The notes beneath the pieces were generated by a model. The model was not told the origin of the DNA, searched no databases, and saw only the letters and a program-made list of their open reading frames with translations. This document shows, piece by piece, positions 32,521 to 45,287 of a stretch of 64,000 nt of DNA. This DNA is from Eledone cirrhosa. Lineage: Eukaryota. Where the stretch lies: positions 173,600,001-173,664,000 of the forward strand of contig OZ024742.1 in NCBI GenBank assembly GCA_964016885.1. The letters run 5' to 3'. The first letter of the stretch is position 1. Each line of letters starts with the position of its first letter. The position numbers were made by a program, and so were the translations under genes.

Positions 32521-33380
32521 TAACTTAAATCTAAAATCCCAGGTCTTATTGTAAATCCCCGTCACTACAGATTCATCATTCCTTTTGATAGTGACATCTA
32601 AATAATTAACTTTGTTAACGCCACAACCTTTGCTTTTCGCCTACACACTATCAGGATAAATTGTAACTACTAAGTTTTCGATGTGCCCTTAGTTCGGAAT
32701 AAAAATCATCATCTATGTATTCGTGTTGGCTGCAACTCGATTTCCGGTAATGCCATCGCTTGATACTTAAGCATGGACTTACCTATGGGCAGCAATGCCA
32801 TGCATCGCAAAAGTATCACATATCAAGCGATGCCTGTCGTTGAAACTTTTTTAAGTGAGGAAAGGCTTTGGATGGGACACATTCCACTCTCTGAACCAAA
32901 AAGAAAAACTGGTCTACATCATTGGACAGAAACGAAGTCGCAGGTTTTATATCAGAGTGACCTTCTCGAGAGATGTCTTAATGAAGACCAGGAGTCTCTC
33001 GCTCCCCCCACCAACAAAAATTAAATGTTTTATTTCATGGGTGTTAACTACTTCGAGTTCCCCCACCCTTTGACAGGTTTCATTTTTCATCCCACAGGGT
33101 GTCCACTATCATCTTCCTCACCAAGCAAGCTTGGTGGGGTTGCCGATTCCGTCACTGACGATCTGACCATGCACAGGTTGTACTGGGATACATGTTGCCA
33201 GTAGAACTGAAGAGCGACTTGACATATATAAATACATGAATCCACGCACACATATCTAATCATGCACGCATACACACAGGCACATACACAGATACACACA
33301 CACACATACTTATATACACACACACAAACACACACATACGCACACATATATACACATATATAAAGATATATATATATATA

Positions 33381-33480
33381 ATTGTTTCTACTTTTGGCAC
33401 AATGCCAGCGACATCCCAGTGCATTACTGGTACTTTATTTTATCGACACCGTAAGGATTAAATGCAAAGCTAACGTCGGC
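33381..33480 (-). mobile_element. SINE 3' half
   Basis: Reverse match to the 13341 family. Confidence 0.75.
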
Positions 33481-34390
33481 GAATGGTTATTCCTTCATTA
33501 CATGTATTGGTTGGTGACGCACGTTTCACTACTGATCAGCTCAATGTTCGATCTGTATTGATCTCGCCTGGCTCTGGCATCAAACGCACATAGGACGTCT
33601 GTAGTAGCAATAATCAAATTAAATTAATTCAACGGTTAAACACACATAGGTATAATATGGTTGTTACCCAGAAGATTGACAAATTGACCCTAAATATTAT
33701 TAATAGCACTAGGAATGTCTTGAACGACACATCTTTTTAAATTCGATTTTGAAAGTAGGTTTATAAATATTAATATTCATTATACTTTCGTAGCTGACTC
33801 AGCGGCCTAGTTGGAGAATCATAGATGGTGGTGATGCTGGTCTGAAGTTCGATCCTGTTCCGAAGTAGGCTTCCTTTAAATCTTTTCACTTTTTTCCTGA
33901 GGGATGTAAAATAAAAACTGAAAAAGATTACATGTACCTCTCTACTAGGATTGAATCCAAGATCAGGATCTTCACCGTCTCTAGTACATACCGTTAGGCC
34001 ACTGAGAAAATTCATATTTATAAACCTACTTTCAAAATGTTTAATAGAAAATGATGTGGTGTCGTTTATATCTTTCTTAATATCATTGCTCCTACTTAAA
34101 GCCGACTTCTGAATTATTTGGGGTTCCATAAACTTCATCCTCGTTTTGTTCCTAATTTATCTAGACTATATTTTGACCTGTGATCCATGTTTCATTTCTA
34201 TTGCACCTCATGTCTCCCCCTCCTCTCTATAAATAAAGAACAAAGCGAGAATGTCATTACTAATACAGAGGTCCGACGAGCTTTTGATTCCTGAGTCGGG
34301 CCAGATCAATAGAGATCGAACCATGAGCTAGTCAGCAGTGAAATGAGCGTCACCAACCAATAAACATAATGAAGGAGTAACCATTCGTCA
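33480..34390. mobile_element. Old ~900-bp fold-back element with decayed HHRs and inner tRNA-like boxes
   Basis: Arms 33480-33615/34255-34390 and 33746-33770/34015-34038; ggt CCGACGA...GAAA tgagcg TC acc. Confidence 0.55.
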
Positions 34391-34392
34391 TT

Positions 34393-34566
34393 GTAGAGGG
34401 TCGGACGCCATGCTTTGCAGCACAGTTACGTCACTTTACGAACTGAGTTCAAATCCCGCCGAGGTTAACTTTGCCTTTCATCCTTACGGGGTCGATAACA
34501 TAAGGTACCAGTAAGTAATGTACTGGGTAATTGCTGACCTTGTGCCAAAAGTAGAAACAATTATTA
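34393..34566 (+). mobile_element. tRNA-derived SINE
   Basis: Match to the 13341 family. Confidence 0.85.
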
Positions 34567-34696
34567 TATTAAACTCTGTCTAGCTCTATACCTCGATTCT
34601 GACGTGAACCTAAACATCGAGTGCTCATACGGGTGAACCTTCAGTATCTCCGCGTTACACTCACTGGATGTATATATATATATATATATATATAAT

Positions 34697-34785
<89 letters not shown>

Positions 34786-34936
34786 ATACTTTGGGAGGGT
34801 CATGTTGCCAATAAGAAACACACGCACCAGTTGTTTCACTTCAATTTAATTTAATATATATTTATAAATTTACAAATTTATAAATTTCTGGTTGGTTGGT
34901 TGGTTCCACAACCAGATAGTTGTTTATATATATATA

Positions 34937-34979
34937 GTCATAGTTCTTTCGTCACACACTCTGTGACCTCTTCAGTGAC
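34937..34979 (-). ncRNA. Hammerhead ribozyme in the 3' pLTR
   Basis: gtca CTGAAGA g gtcaca-gagtg-tgtgac GAAA gaac TA tgac. Confidence 0.85.
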
Positions 34980-35284
34980 TGGGGATTTCTTTCTTCGTTT
35001 CTGTGCCTTTCCTTTCTTCTATCCTACGCCATTTTGTTTGTGTGTGGGTTGCGTGCTCAGTTTGCGCATGCGCCACATCCGGGTGTCTGTGTGTGTTTGT
35101 GTTCATTTTTCTATTTTTCTATGTTTATATTTATATTTGTTTGTTTATTTATTTATTTATTGTTGGTTGGTTGTTTGTTCTATGTGTGTGTGTGTTTTCA
35201 TTTTGTCTTGTGTGTGTTTTCATTTTGTGTGTGTTTTCAATTGTAAGTTGTTTATATATGTGTGTGTGTGTTTTCATTTTGTCC

Positions 35285-38200
35285 TTAATTGTAAGTTGTG
35301 ATGTTGCTGTTCCACTCATATTTTCTATTTAATTTTGGTTTTAATTCTTTTATGCTTACTGCCTCTGTAATTTGCCTAAACATTGCGTCTTTCTTGTGTG
35401 TGGATTCTATTTTTATTTCTATGCTCTCTAATTTACCCCTGTGTTCTATCTTAGCATGTTGGTAGAGCACAGATGATTCTTTACTATCTTGGAGGTCTCG
35501 CCAGTGTTCATTTATTCGTTCCCCTATACTACGAGCTGTCTCACCTATGTACACTATATTTTTGTTTCTACATTGTCCCTCAGTACATCTTATGCTATAT
35601 ACTACATTTCTAGTTTTACAGTTAATATGGGGGCTTATTTTACAGGTTATACATTTCTTATCTATACATGAGGGTCTTTGGAACGGGTATGTCTTGCTAA
35701 TAAGTGTTTTTACGGAGGTACCAGGTCTTTCTACTATCTTAATATTGAGATTATGTTTCTTTAGGGCCCTTCTAAATTTGTAGGCTAGTTCACCTCTAGG
35801 GGTTGTATTGATGAACATTACACTCTGGTATTTATTGCTATCATACCATGAGTTTATTCTATTGGCCTTGTTCTTAGTTCTTTCTATTCTATTCCAAAAT
35901 TTGCTCCTATACAAGGGGCAGGTCCCATTTATGTCATTATTTACCATTTTTTCCCATTTGGTTCTGGCTCCTTTATACACTCTGATTCTATCTCTCTGAT
36001 TGTAGCCAGAGAACTGCATACGGTGGATGAAGTGTTGTATGTGTCTCTCTAGTTCTTCGGGGTTGCACATGCGGGACACATTTCTCATCACCCGTATCAA
36101 ATCCGCAATCAGTATGTTGATTTTGGTATGGTCCGAAATGGCCGAGTTTCGGTGGATCAGATGTTTGGAAGTCATGGGTTTGGCATAATGGGAATGGAGG
36201 ATTTGTTTTTGGTTGTTAATAGTATCTAACCAGAGCTCTGTGTCTAGTACAGGTAATCGATGGTTGGGGTGTCTACTTGGGTAGTCTATAGTAACTCTAA
36301 TGCTCTGGTGGATGGAGTTTGCTATTTGCTGGATGCTTTCCATTGTGTTTTTCTCAGGTTCCTGACTGTTCTTTAGTGGGGGTGTCTTAACTACGATGTT
36401 TATATCATCTACGTAGCGGGAGTACATTATCAGGGTTAATCTGTCTTCTAATTGTTCTTTAAGTTTTTGTTTAAGTCTACTGTCCCACCATACCATGAAC
36501 AAGTTAGCTATGTCGCCTGCAATGCTAACACCAATGGCTGCTCCTTCCTCTTGGGCATATGTTTTACCATTAAATTTGAACATATGTTCCTTAAGGGTTA
36601 ATTTTATGCTGGCCCCTACCGCATGTGCAATCATTTTCTTCAGTTCATCGTGGTTTTCGGGTGTCCGTATGGCTCTGGTCCACCCGTTCCATCTATCTGT
36701 GTGGGTTTTCTTGGCCATTGAGGTAATGGTAGGTGGTCTGCCTCTTGCTGGTCTTGTAGGGCACAGGTTGCTAAGGTCATAAGTGTCTAGGTAACTATTA
36801 CTATGGGTAAGCTTAAGTAGAAGTCCCAGCTCACTGGTATCAATCCCACGGAACTCAACCTTGCTCTCGCTGATCATTTCGACGCATTTCTCCACAGCAA
36901 AATCCACGTCAATAGATGGATACAGGGACACAACATCCATACTGCCTATTATGCAGTTTGTTAGGTCCCCAGATCGGTTACCCGCGTCGATTCTGCTGAG
37001 GAGGTCCTCCGTGCTGTCACACACATCTGGGGACATCTCAATGATGGGGCGTATGATCAGGGAGAGGAAGTAGGACAGTCTGTAGTTACTAGCAATGTTA
37101 GCCCCACAGACTGGCCGTGTTGGTGGTCCCGCGACAGGGTCCCAGCCCGTTTTATGGTCTTTTCGAAGCCCATACAACGCCGGCACGTCATTGTTCCAGG
37201 CCTGGAAGTTGTTGGCAGTCCTTTTGTTGGGCTGCATTATATTTGTCCACATCACCATATGGGCATTGAGGGTTTTTTCTCTGTCCTCATGCTCCTGTGG
37301 TGTTACCTCTCTTGTGTTAGTGATGTGGGGTTGCATTGCCTGGATGTAGTTTGGCAGGCTGTCAACCGACATTCTGCCAGACTTGTCTGTTGGAAAGCAT
37401 GCTATCTCTCCATTACGCGAGCGCTGCATGAGCTTACGCAAGCCATTTGCAGATTCTTCTCCCAGTTGCTGGGCCTCTATTCTATTATGCTTCTTGCTAT
37501 ACTGTTCTATAATATTTCTAAGTTCGGATTTAGCTATACTAAATTGTGCTTCTGTTTGTTCATCGACCTGCGACGGCAACTGCGTGCGTTTGTTAAATGG
37601 CAAAGTCGTGGCGTGGACTCGTCGTAGGTCGAATGATTTATCGGAGTGGTTATAAAACGGAGAGTTCCAGGCTGCTGCTTTATGTGTACTTGCGCTATTG
37701 TTAGTTGTGTTGTTTCTATTTCCACCAACAGCAGCAGCCTCAGCTTCATGGTTGTTTCTATGTCTCTCATAATTACTCCTGTCTCTTTCCACTGGCTCAA
37801 TGTTGTTATCTACCCTATTTTGTGTGTCTGTGTGTTCGTCTTGGTTATTCTCTTTGTCCTTAGTCTCCCTACTCCTTTTAATCCTATTACTTTCTCTTAT
37901 TTCTCTGATTTCTGTGCTACTGTCATTACTTGTTTTCTGTGTCTGTGTGTTTGTTAAGATTGTAGTGGTGGTGAGAGGCATTGAATGTGTGTGTGTTGTT
38001 GTTGTTGATGTGTGTTGTTGTTGATGTGTGTTGTTGTCTCCGTGTGTGTGTGTGTTATCGTTGTTGTGTGTGTTGTTATTGTTGTTTGTGTTTGCGTGTC
38101 TGTTGTTGTTGTATCTGGGTATGTTGCTGTTGTTGTTGTTGTTGATGTGTGTGTTGTTGTTATTGTTGTCTCCGTGTGTGTTGTTATTGTTGTTTGTGTC

Positions 38201-39058
38201 TGCGTGTCTGTTGTATCTGGGTATGTTGCTATTGTTGTTGTTATTGTTTGTGTCTGTGTGTCTGTTGTTGTTGGGATGTGTGTTGTATATGTGTGTGCGT
38301 ATATTGTTGCTTTTGTTTTTGTTTTTGATGCTCCAGCGTAGTTTCGTAAATGATTTTTCTATTTCTGACAGACAACTAATCATATTTACCTTCTTGAATG
38401 TCGCAAATTTGGGTGGCAAACGTAACACAGACATTTCATTATTATCTATTTTCGTGTTTCCATAAATGTTGGTATTTTCATTGTTGAACTCTTCAGATAA
38501 TGAGGTGTCGGCCATGTTGATACCGTCAATTTTGTCGGGATATCTATTGGTATACTCTATAGTATCCCGATTTAGCTTTGCCTGTTTAAGCCACTTTAAT
38601 TTTCTGTTAAAGTGCTTATTACATTCTTGAGTAATGTACTGTTCTTCGGGGCGTATAAGGCTTATAAATGTTAGTTTTTCTGCTGGTGTGGTGATTTTAG
38701 ATATTTCATCTATTAGGTTACGCTTTAGTTTTTCTTGATGACTTAATTCTCTATAGATCTTCTTTTTTATGTTTAGAATTAAAGTTCGTTTTAGCCTATC
38801 TGCTTGTTTTTTGGTGAGTTGTAATCTTCTAACGTCGGTATTGATGGTGTTGGTGTAGATTCTAGAAGTGGTGCACAGTTTTATGAAGTGTAGTTGTCGA
38901 GATGTTATGGTTTTTCGTAGACAACAGAACATGGTGGTTTTCAGTATCTTGTTAGCCTGGCTAAGGCTTACGATATTTCGTTTCTGAATTTGTTTAGCAA
39001 GATTCTTTATCTGAAATCGTGTGTTGAAACCGATATTGTTATACTTTGGGAGGGTCAT
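35285..39058 (-). CDS. PLE reverse transcriptase-GIY-YIG endonuclease polyprotein, 1257 aa from the first ATG (Nematis-clade-like)
   Basis: TDKSG, LYGLRKDHK, GSMDVVSLYPSI, QEEGAAIG, RYVDD, CxxxxCxxC, VVYSIRC...YIGETAR, ITEAV, LN; uninterrupted. Confidence 0.95.
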   Translation of the reverse strand: MTLPKYNNIGFNTRFQIKNLAKQIQKRNIVSLSQANKILKTTMFCCLRKTITSRQLHFIKLCTTSRIYTNTINTDVRRLQLTKKQADRLKRTLILNIKKKIYRELSHQEKLKRNLIDEISKITTPAEKLTFISLIRPEEQYITQECNKHFNRKLKWLKQAKLNRDTIEYTNRYPDKIDGINMADTSLSEEFNNENTNIYGNTKIDNNEMSVLRLPPKFATFKKVNMISCLSEIEKSFTKLRWSIKNKNKSNNIRTHIYNTHPNNNRHTDTNNNNNNSNIPRYNRHADTNNNNNTHGDNNNNNTHINNNNNSNIPRYNNNRHANTNNNNNTHNNDNTHTHGDNNTHQQQHTSTTTTHTHSMPLTTTTILTNTQTQKTSNDSSTEIREIRESNRIKRSRETKDKENNQDEHTDTQNRVDNNIEPVERDRSNYERHRNNHEAEAAAVGGNRNNTTNNSASTHKAAAWNSPFYNHSDKSFDLRRVHATTLPFNKRTQLPSQVDEQTEAQFSIAKSELRNIIEQYSKKHNRIEAQQLGEESANGLRKLMQRSRNGEIACFPTDKSGRMSVDSLPNYIQAMQPHITNTREVTPQEHEDREKTLNAHMVMWTNIMQPNKRTANNFQAWNNDVPALYGLRKDHKTGWDPVAGPPTRPVCGANIASNYRLSYFLSLIIRPIIEMSPDVCDSTEDLLSRIDAGNRSGDLTNCIIGSMDVVSLYPSIDVDFAVEKCVEMISESKVEFRGIDTSELGLLLKLTHSNSYLDTYDLSNLCPTRPARGRPPTITSMAKKTHTDRWNGWTRAIRTPENHDELKKMIAHAVGASIKLTLKEHMFKFNGKTYAQEEGAAIGVSIAGDIANLFMVWWDSRLKQKLKEQLEDRLTLIMYSRYVDDINIVVKTPPLKNSQEPEKNTMESIQQIANSIHQSIRVTIDYPSRHPNHRLPVLDTELWLDTINNQKQILHSHYAKPMTSKHLIHRNSAISDHTKINILIADLIRVMRNVSRMCNPEELERHIQHFIHRMQFSGYNQRDRIRVYKGARTKWEKMVNNDINGTCPLYRSKFWNRIERTKNKANRINSWYDSNKYQSVMFINTTPRGELAYKFRRALKKHNLNIKIVERPGTSVKTLISKTYPFQRPSCIDKKCITCKISPHINCKTRNVVYSIRCTEGQCRNKNIVYIGETARSIGERINEHWRDLQDSKESSVLYQHAKIEHRGKLESIEIKIESTHKKDAMFRQITEAVSIKELKPKLNRKYEWNSNITTYN

Positions 39059-39192
39059 GTTGCCAATAAGAAACACACGCACCAGTTGCTTTCACTTCAA
39101 TTTAATTTATTAAATATTTATAAATTTACAAATTTATAAATTTCTGGTTGGTTGGTTGGTTCCACAACCAGATAGTTGTTTATATATATATA

Positions 39193-39235
39193 GTCATAGT
39201 TCTTTCGTCACACACTCTGTGACCTCTTCAGTGAC
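39193..39235 (-). ncRNA. Hammerhead ribozyme in the 5' pLTR
   Basis: Identical to 34937-34979. Confidence 0.85.
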
Positions 39236-39267
39236 TGGGGATTTCTTTCTTCGTTTCTGTGCCTTTC

Positions 39268-40855
39268 CAGCGAGAGCAAGGTTGAGTTCCGTGGGATTGA
39301 TACCAGTGAGCTGGGACTTCTACTTAAGCTTACCCATAGTAATAGTTACCTAGACACTTATGACCTTAGCAACCTGTGCCCTACAAGACCAGCAAGAGGC
39401 AGACCACCTACCATTACCTCAATGGCCAAGAAAACCCACACAGATAGATGGAACGGGTGGACCAGAGCCATACGGACACCCGAAAACCACGATGAACTGA
39501 AGAAAATGATTGCACATGCGGTAGGGGCCAGCATAAAACTAACCCTTAAGGAACATATGTTCAAATTTAATGGTAAAACATATGCCCAAGAGGAAGGAGC
39601 AGCCATTGGTGTTAGCATTGCAGGCGACATAGCTAACTTATTCATGGTATGGTGGGACAGTAGACTTAAACAAAAACTTAATGAACAATTAGAAGACAGC
39701 TTAACCCTGATAATGTACTCCCGCTACGTAGATGATATAAACATCGTAGTTAAGACACCCCCACTAAAGAACAGTCAGGAACTAGAGAAAAACACAATGG
39801 AAAGCATCCAGCAAATAGCAAACTCCATCCACCAGAGCATTAGAGTTACTATAGACTACCCAAGTAGACACCCCAACCATCGATTACCTGTACTAGACAC
39901 AGAGCTCTGGTTAGATACTATTAACAACCAAAAACAAATCCTCCATTCCCATTATGCCAAACCCATGACTTCCAAACATCTGATCCACCGAAACTCGGCC
40001 ATTTCGGACCATACCAAAATCAACATACTGATTGCGGATTTGGTACGGGTGATGAGAAATGTGTCCCGCATGTGCAACCCCGAAGAACTAGAGAGACACA
40101 TACAACACTTCATCCACCGTATGCAGTTCTCTGGCTACAATCAGAGAGATAGAATCAGAGTGTATAAAGGAGCCAGAACCAAATGGGAAAAAATGGTAAA
40201 TAATGACATAAATGGGACCTGCCCCTTGTATAGGAGCAAATTTTGGAATAGAATAGAAAGAACTAAGAACAAGGCCAATAGAATAAACTCATGGTATGAT
40301 AGCAATAAATACCAGAGTGTAATGTTCATCAATACAACCCCTAGAGGTGAACTAGCCTACAAATTTAGAAGGGCCCTAAAGAAACATAATCTCAATATTA
40401 AGATAGTAGAAAGACCTGGTACCTCCGTAAAAACACTTATTAGCAAGACATACCCGTTCCAAAGACCCTCATGTATAGATAAGAAATGTATAACCTGTAA
40501 AATAAGCCCCCATATTAACTGTAAAACTAGAAATGTAGTATATAGCATAAGATGTACTGAGGGACAATGTAGAAACAAAAATATAGTGTACATAGGTGAG
40601 ACAGCTCGTAGTATAGGGGAACGAATAAATGAACACTGGCGAGACCTCCAAGATAGTAAAGAATCATCTGTGCTCTACCAACATGCTAAGATAGAACACA
40701 GGGGTAAATTAGAGAGCATAGAAATAAAAATAGAATCCACACACAAGAAAGACGCAATGTTTAGGCAAATTACAGAGGCAGTAAGCATAAAAGAATTAAA
40801 ACCAAAATTAAATAGAAAATATGAGTGGAACAGCAACATCACAACTTACAATTAA
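39268..40855 (+). pseudogene. 5'-truncated inverted copy of the PLE ORF (RT C-half and GIY-YIG)
   Basis: The 477-aa ORF differs from the full copy at about 4 residues. Confidence 0.9.
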
Positions 40856-41160
40856 GGACAAAATGAAAACACACACACACATATATAAACAACTTACAAT
40901 TGAAAACACACACAAAATGAAAACACACACAAGACAAAATGAAAACACACACACACATAGAACAAACAACCAACCAACAATAAATAAATAAATAAACAAA
41001 CAAATATAAATATAAAAATAGAAAAATAGAAAAATGAACACAAACACACACAGACACCCGGATGTGGCGCATGCGCAAACTGAGCACGCAACCCACACAC
41101 AAACAAAATGGCGTAGGATAGAAGAAAGGAAAGGCACAGAAACGAAGAAAGAAATCCCCA

Positions 41161-41203
41161 GTCACTGAAGAGGTCACAGAGTGTGTGACGAAAGAACTAT
41201 GAC
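41161..41203 (+). ncRNA. Hammerhead ribozyme in the pLTR of the inverted copy
   Basis: Identical motif on the + strand. Confidence 0.85.
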
Positions 41204-41416
41204 TATATATATATAAACAACTATCTGGTTGTGGAACCAACCAACCAACCAGAAATTTATAAATTTGTAAATTTATAAATATATATTAAATTAAATTGAA
41301 GTGAAACAACTGGTGCGTGTGTTTCTTATTGGCAACATGACCCTCCCAAAGTATAACAATATCGGTTTCAACACACGATTTCAGATAAAGAATCTTGCTA
41401 AACAAATTCAGAAACG

Positions 41417-41452
<36 letters not shown>

Positions 41453-41689
41453 ACAGGGGGAAAGAGACGATTATGAGGAAGAAAAATATATATTTTTCCT
41501 TATGTCGTCTTTCTCTCTCTTTTTTCTGTGCTAGAAAATGATTAAAACGAAATGTTTTACTTTGAGTGAAGTGTTAAGGTATTAGTTGATTTATTTATTA
41601 TTTAACAATGGCATTTATTTATCTATTTATCTATTTATATATATATTTATCTATCTATATATATATTTATATATATATATTTATATATA

Positions 41690-41750
<61 letters not shown>

Positions 41751-41761
41751 TTATATATTTA

Positions 41762-41793
<32 letters not shown>

Positions 41794-41901
41794 CATATAT
41801 ATATATATACATATATATATATATTTATATATATATATACATATATACATATATATATAAGAACCGTAGAGGAAATATTTATTAATCTGTTATTTTAATA
41901 A

Positions 41902-41932
<31 letters not shown>

Positions 41933-41933
41933 A

Positions 41934-41967
<34 letters not shown>

Positions 41968-42112
41968 TTAAAATAACAGATTAATAAATATTTTCTCTAC
42001 GGTTCTTATATGTTTGATATATATTTATCCTTATCGAGCCCCCTTTGGATTTTAGTCTTCAAATTTATTATTATTACTATATATATATATATATAGTTAA
42101 AAGAATAGAGGT

Positions 42113-43036
42113 GTAACACACAAGTTATTATATATTGGTAAACGGAATAGAAAATGCTGACAGATTGTTCACAGTTGAAAAATGGTTTAATTAGGAATAA
42201 AAGAGTATTAGTAATTGTATGGGTTAGTATTCAGTTGTGGTTTTAAGTTTTTAAGTGTTTACCGGTTGCGCATTTCTAAATGCTTTTCAAAAATAATTTT
42301 GAGATAGAGTGTCCGTGTTGTTTGCTCTGATCTGATTAGTTTTTGGAATTCTACCTGTTTTTATGTTAAAAAAGTGGCTCCAGCGCTACTTGGTGTTTGC
42401 AAAAATTCTTGTGGTCAAAACAATTTTGATTGGTCTGTAGAGGTTATGTGAATAAAAAATTGGTTTTGCGCCAAGATTGAGAAATGACTCTTTCACAACA
42501 AATATGAGTGTGTGTGTGTGTGTGTGTGTATAGTAGTAGTAAGGTGTAAGATGTTGTGATGATGGTTAGCAGGGATGTGTGTCAAATGGCTATTAAGATA
42601 AGTGTGCGTGTGTGTGTGTGTATGTGTGTGTGTGTGTGTGTGTGTGTTTGTGTGTATAGAGCAGAGTAATTCGTGGTAGCAGGGATGGTCAGTAAGAATG
42701 TGTCTGTAAGCAATGGGGAGTATGTTAGCATATCAAAAGATATATTTCAGCTTTTGTCTTATACGGAGAACTGCGTGTGTGTGTGTGTGTGTGTGTGTGT
42801 ATAAGTCTCTTTGTATGTTAATGTACGCGTGTGTATGTGTGTGTGTATATATGTGTGTGTGTGTGTGTGTGATAATGTGTGTGTGTGTGTGTGGACCAGT
42901 CTTTTTTCCCCCTGGTAAAATGGTGTACATTATTCGATTTTTTCAGTAAAATCGGTTCTCTTAATAGAACATCAAAAATCTTAACAATAAAAGGTGTGAA
43001 ATGATATTCACTATATATATATACACATACATATAT

Positions 43037-43080
<44 letters not shown>

Positions 43081-44636
43081 TTTTTTTGTGTTGCACCATA
43101 GAGCATGTGTGTTTACGTATGTCATTGTGTTTATATCTGGGTAGAGATGTGTGCTGATGTAGGTATGTATGTTGACGTGTGTATGTTGTGGGTTCGTCTT
43201 AGGGAGAAGTGTTTAGACGGGGTCCGTATTTGTTAATGAAGTAAGATTCCTTGCTGATGCGCTGGGTGTGGGTGGCATTATCTTTAAATTTGTAGGGGGG
43301 AAAGGTTCTGAAGTTGGGATGATTTGGGGCGGCACAGGTATAAATGTGTTCACTCAGTGGTATTTTCCTGTATTCCCGTATTTTAATTTGGGATCTATGG
43401 ACAGTCATGCGTTGGCGGAGGCTGTATCTGGTCTAGCCTATGTATTGTTCTCGACAACCTGAGCAAGTTAATCCATATATTAGCTTTTCCCATGCACATT
43501 TGAAATTGTGTTTTTCTATAAAACGTTGTCCTTCTTTGAAATAGAATTCCGAACCCTCTATTAGGTTGAAGCAAATGCCACAGTTGGGTCTATCGCATTT
43601 TTTTACTGTGGGTTTCGTTGTTGTGGTTGGCAGTACTTTGGCATGTGTTAGGATGTTTTTCATTGACTTGGATTGTCTTTTGCTCTTTATGATATCGTGT
43701 GTTCATAGGATTTGGTTCATTCTATGGTCCTTTTTCAACACAGGGATGTTCTGGAGGATGGTGTCAAAGGCCTCATTGTTGAGGGGGTTGTGTGTGGAGA
43801 TGTATGGAAGAGCTTTTAGTTTCGGTTGATTTACTTTAGGATGTCTAAGGTCCTGGGTACTGAGTTTTAGGGCACGTTGGATTCCATTGTCAATTAGTGA
43901 TGCAGGGTTGTCCCTGCCTATGAGTGTGTCCTTTAGTTCTTGTAGCCGTAAGTAGCAGATGTTTTTATTGGAGACTATAGTACAGACTCTCTTGGCTAAG
44001 TTGTAGGGAATATTAATTTTAACGTGTCTAGGGTGGCAAAAGTTGAAAGGGAGATATTGCTTGGAGTCTGTGGGCTTGTAGTATATGTCTGTTTCTATTT
44101 TTTGTTATGGATCTTAATGAGGATGTCGCAAAACCAACTTTTTATTCACATGACGCAAAACCTATTTTTTATTCACATGTCGCAAAACCAATTTTTTATT
44201 CACATGACCTCTACCGACCAATCAAAATTATTTTGACCGCAATAATTTTTGCAAACACCAAGTAGCGCTGGAGCCACTTTTTTAACATAAAAACAGTCTT
44301 GGCGCAAAATCAATTTTTTACATTCACATGACCTCTGCCGACCAATCAAAATTGTTTTGACCACAAGAATTTTTTCAACACCAAAGTAGCGCTGGAGCCA
44401 CTTTTTTTACATAAAAACAGGTAGAATTCCAAAAACTAATCAGATCAGAGCAAACAACACGGACACTCTATCTCAAAATTATTTTTGAAAAGCATTTAGA
44501 AATGCGCAACCGGTAAAATCTTAAAAACTTAAAACCACAACTGAATACTAACCCATACAATTACTAATACTCTTTTATTCCTAATTAAACCATTTTTCAA
44601 CTGTGAACAATTTGTCAGCATTTTCTATTCCGTTTA

Positions 44637-44640
<4 letters not shown>
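42113..44640 (-). mobile_element. Decayed Neptune-like PLE: thumb/EN remnant (43199-44110), pLTR (42135-42500) and inverted pLTR (44125-44640)
   Basis: YYKPTDSKQYLPFNFCHPRH, CDRPNCGIC, LIYGLTCSGCREQYIG, ESYFINKYGPRLN; inverted pLTR pair. Confidence 0.85.
44481..44519 (+). ncRNA. Variant hammerhead (U3-A8, A13C); copies at 42256-42294 (-) and 7834-7870 (+)
   Basis: attt TTGAAAA gcattt-aga-aatgc GCAA ccgg TA aaat. Confidence 0.6.
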
Positions 44641-44685
<45 letters not shown>

Positions 44686-44735
44686 AATTTATATCTAGTA
44701 ACATTTATATACACACAGATGCATATCAATACTAG

Positions 44736-44770
<35 letters not shown>

Positions 44771-44854
44771 AGGTTTAGCAAATAAGAAAAAGTTTCAAAA
44801 TAAATTTTTAAAAATTAACGTTACTTACTATAATTACCTTTACCGATATATATG

Positions 44855-44926
<72 letters not shown>

Positions 44927-44927
44927 A

Positions 44928-45012
<85 letters not shown>

Positions 45013-45030
45013 TACATATATATGCATATA

Positions 45031-45084
<54 letters not shown>

Positions 45085-45089
45085 TATAT

Positions 45090-45171
<82 letters not shown>

Positions 45172-45245
45172 CGTAAAATAAGAAAATTATAAAATTAACA
45201 TACTTACTAAAATATCACTTCCAACTAATTAGTTTCTGGAATGGA

Positions 45246-45281
<36 letters not shown>

Positions 45282-45287
<6 letters not shown>

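Larger units (their letters stand above)
34778..41422. mobile_element. Young Penelope-like insertion: full-length copy (-, 34778-39268) with pLTRs plus inverted 5'-truncated copy (+, 39268-41422)
   Basis: Three near-identical pLTRs; 2.1-kb inverted duplication; (TA)n flanks. Confidence 0.95.

Noticed and set aside
35489-38465. Plus-strand ORFs over the PLE
   Set aside because: Antisense shadows of the RT ORF and its low-complexity tract
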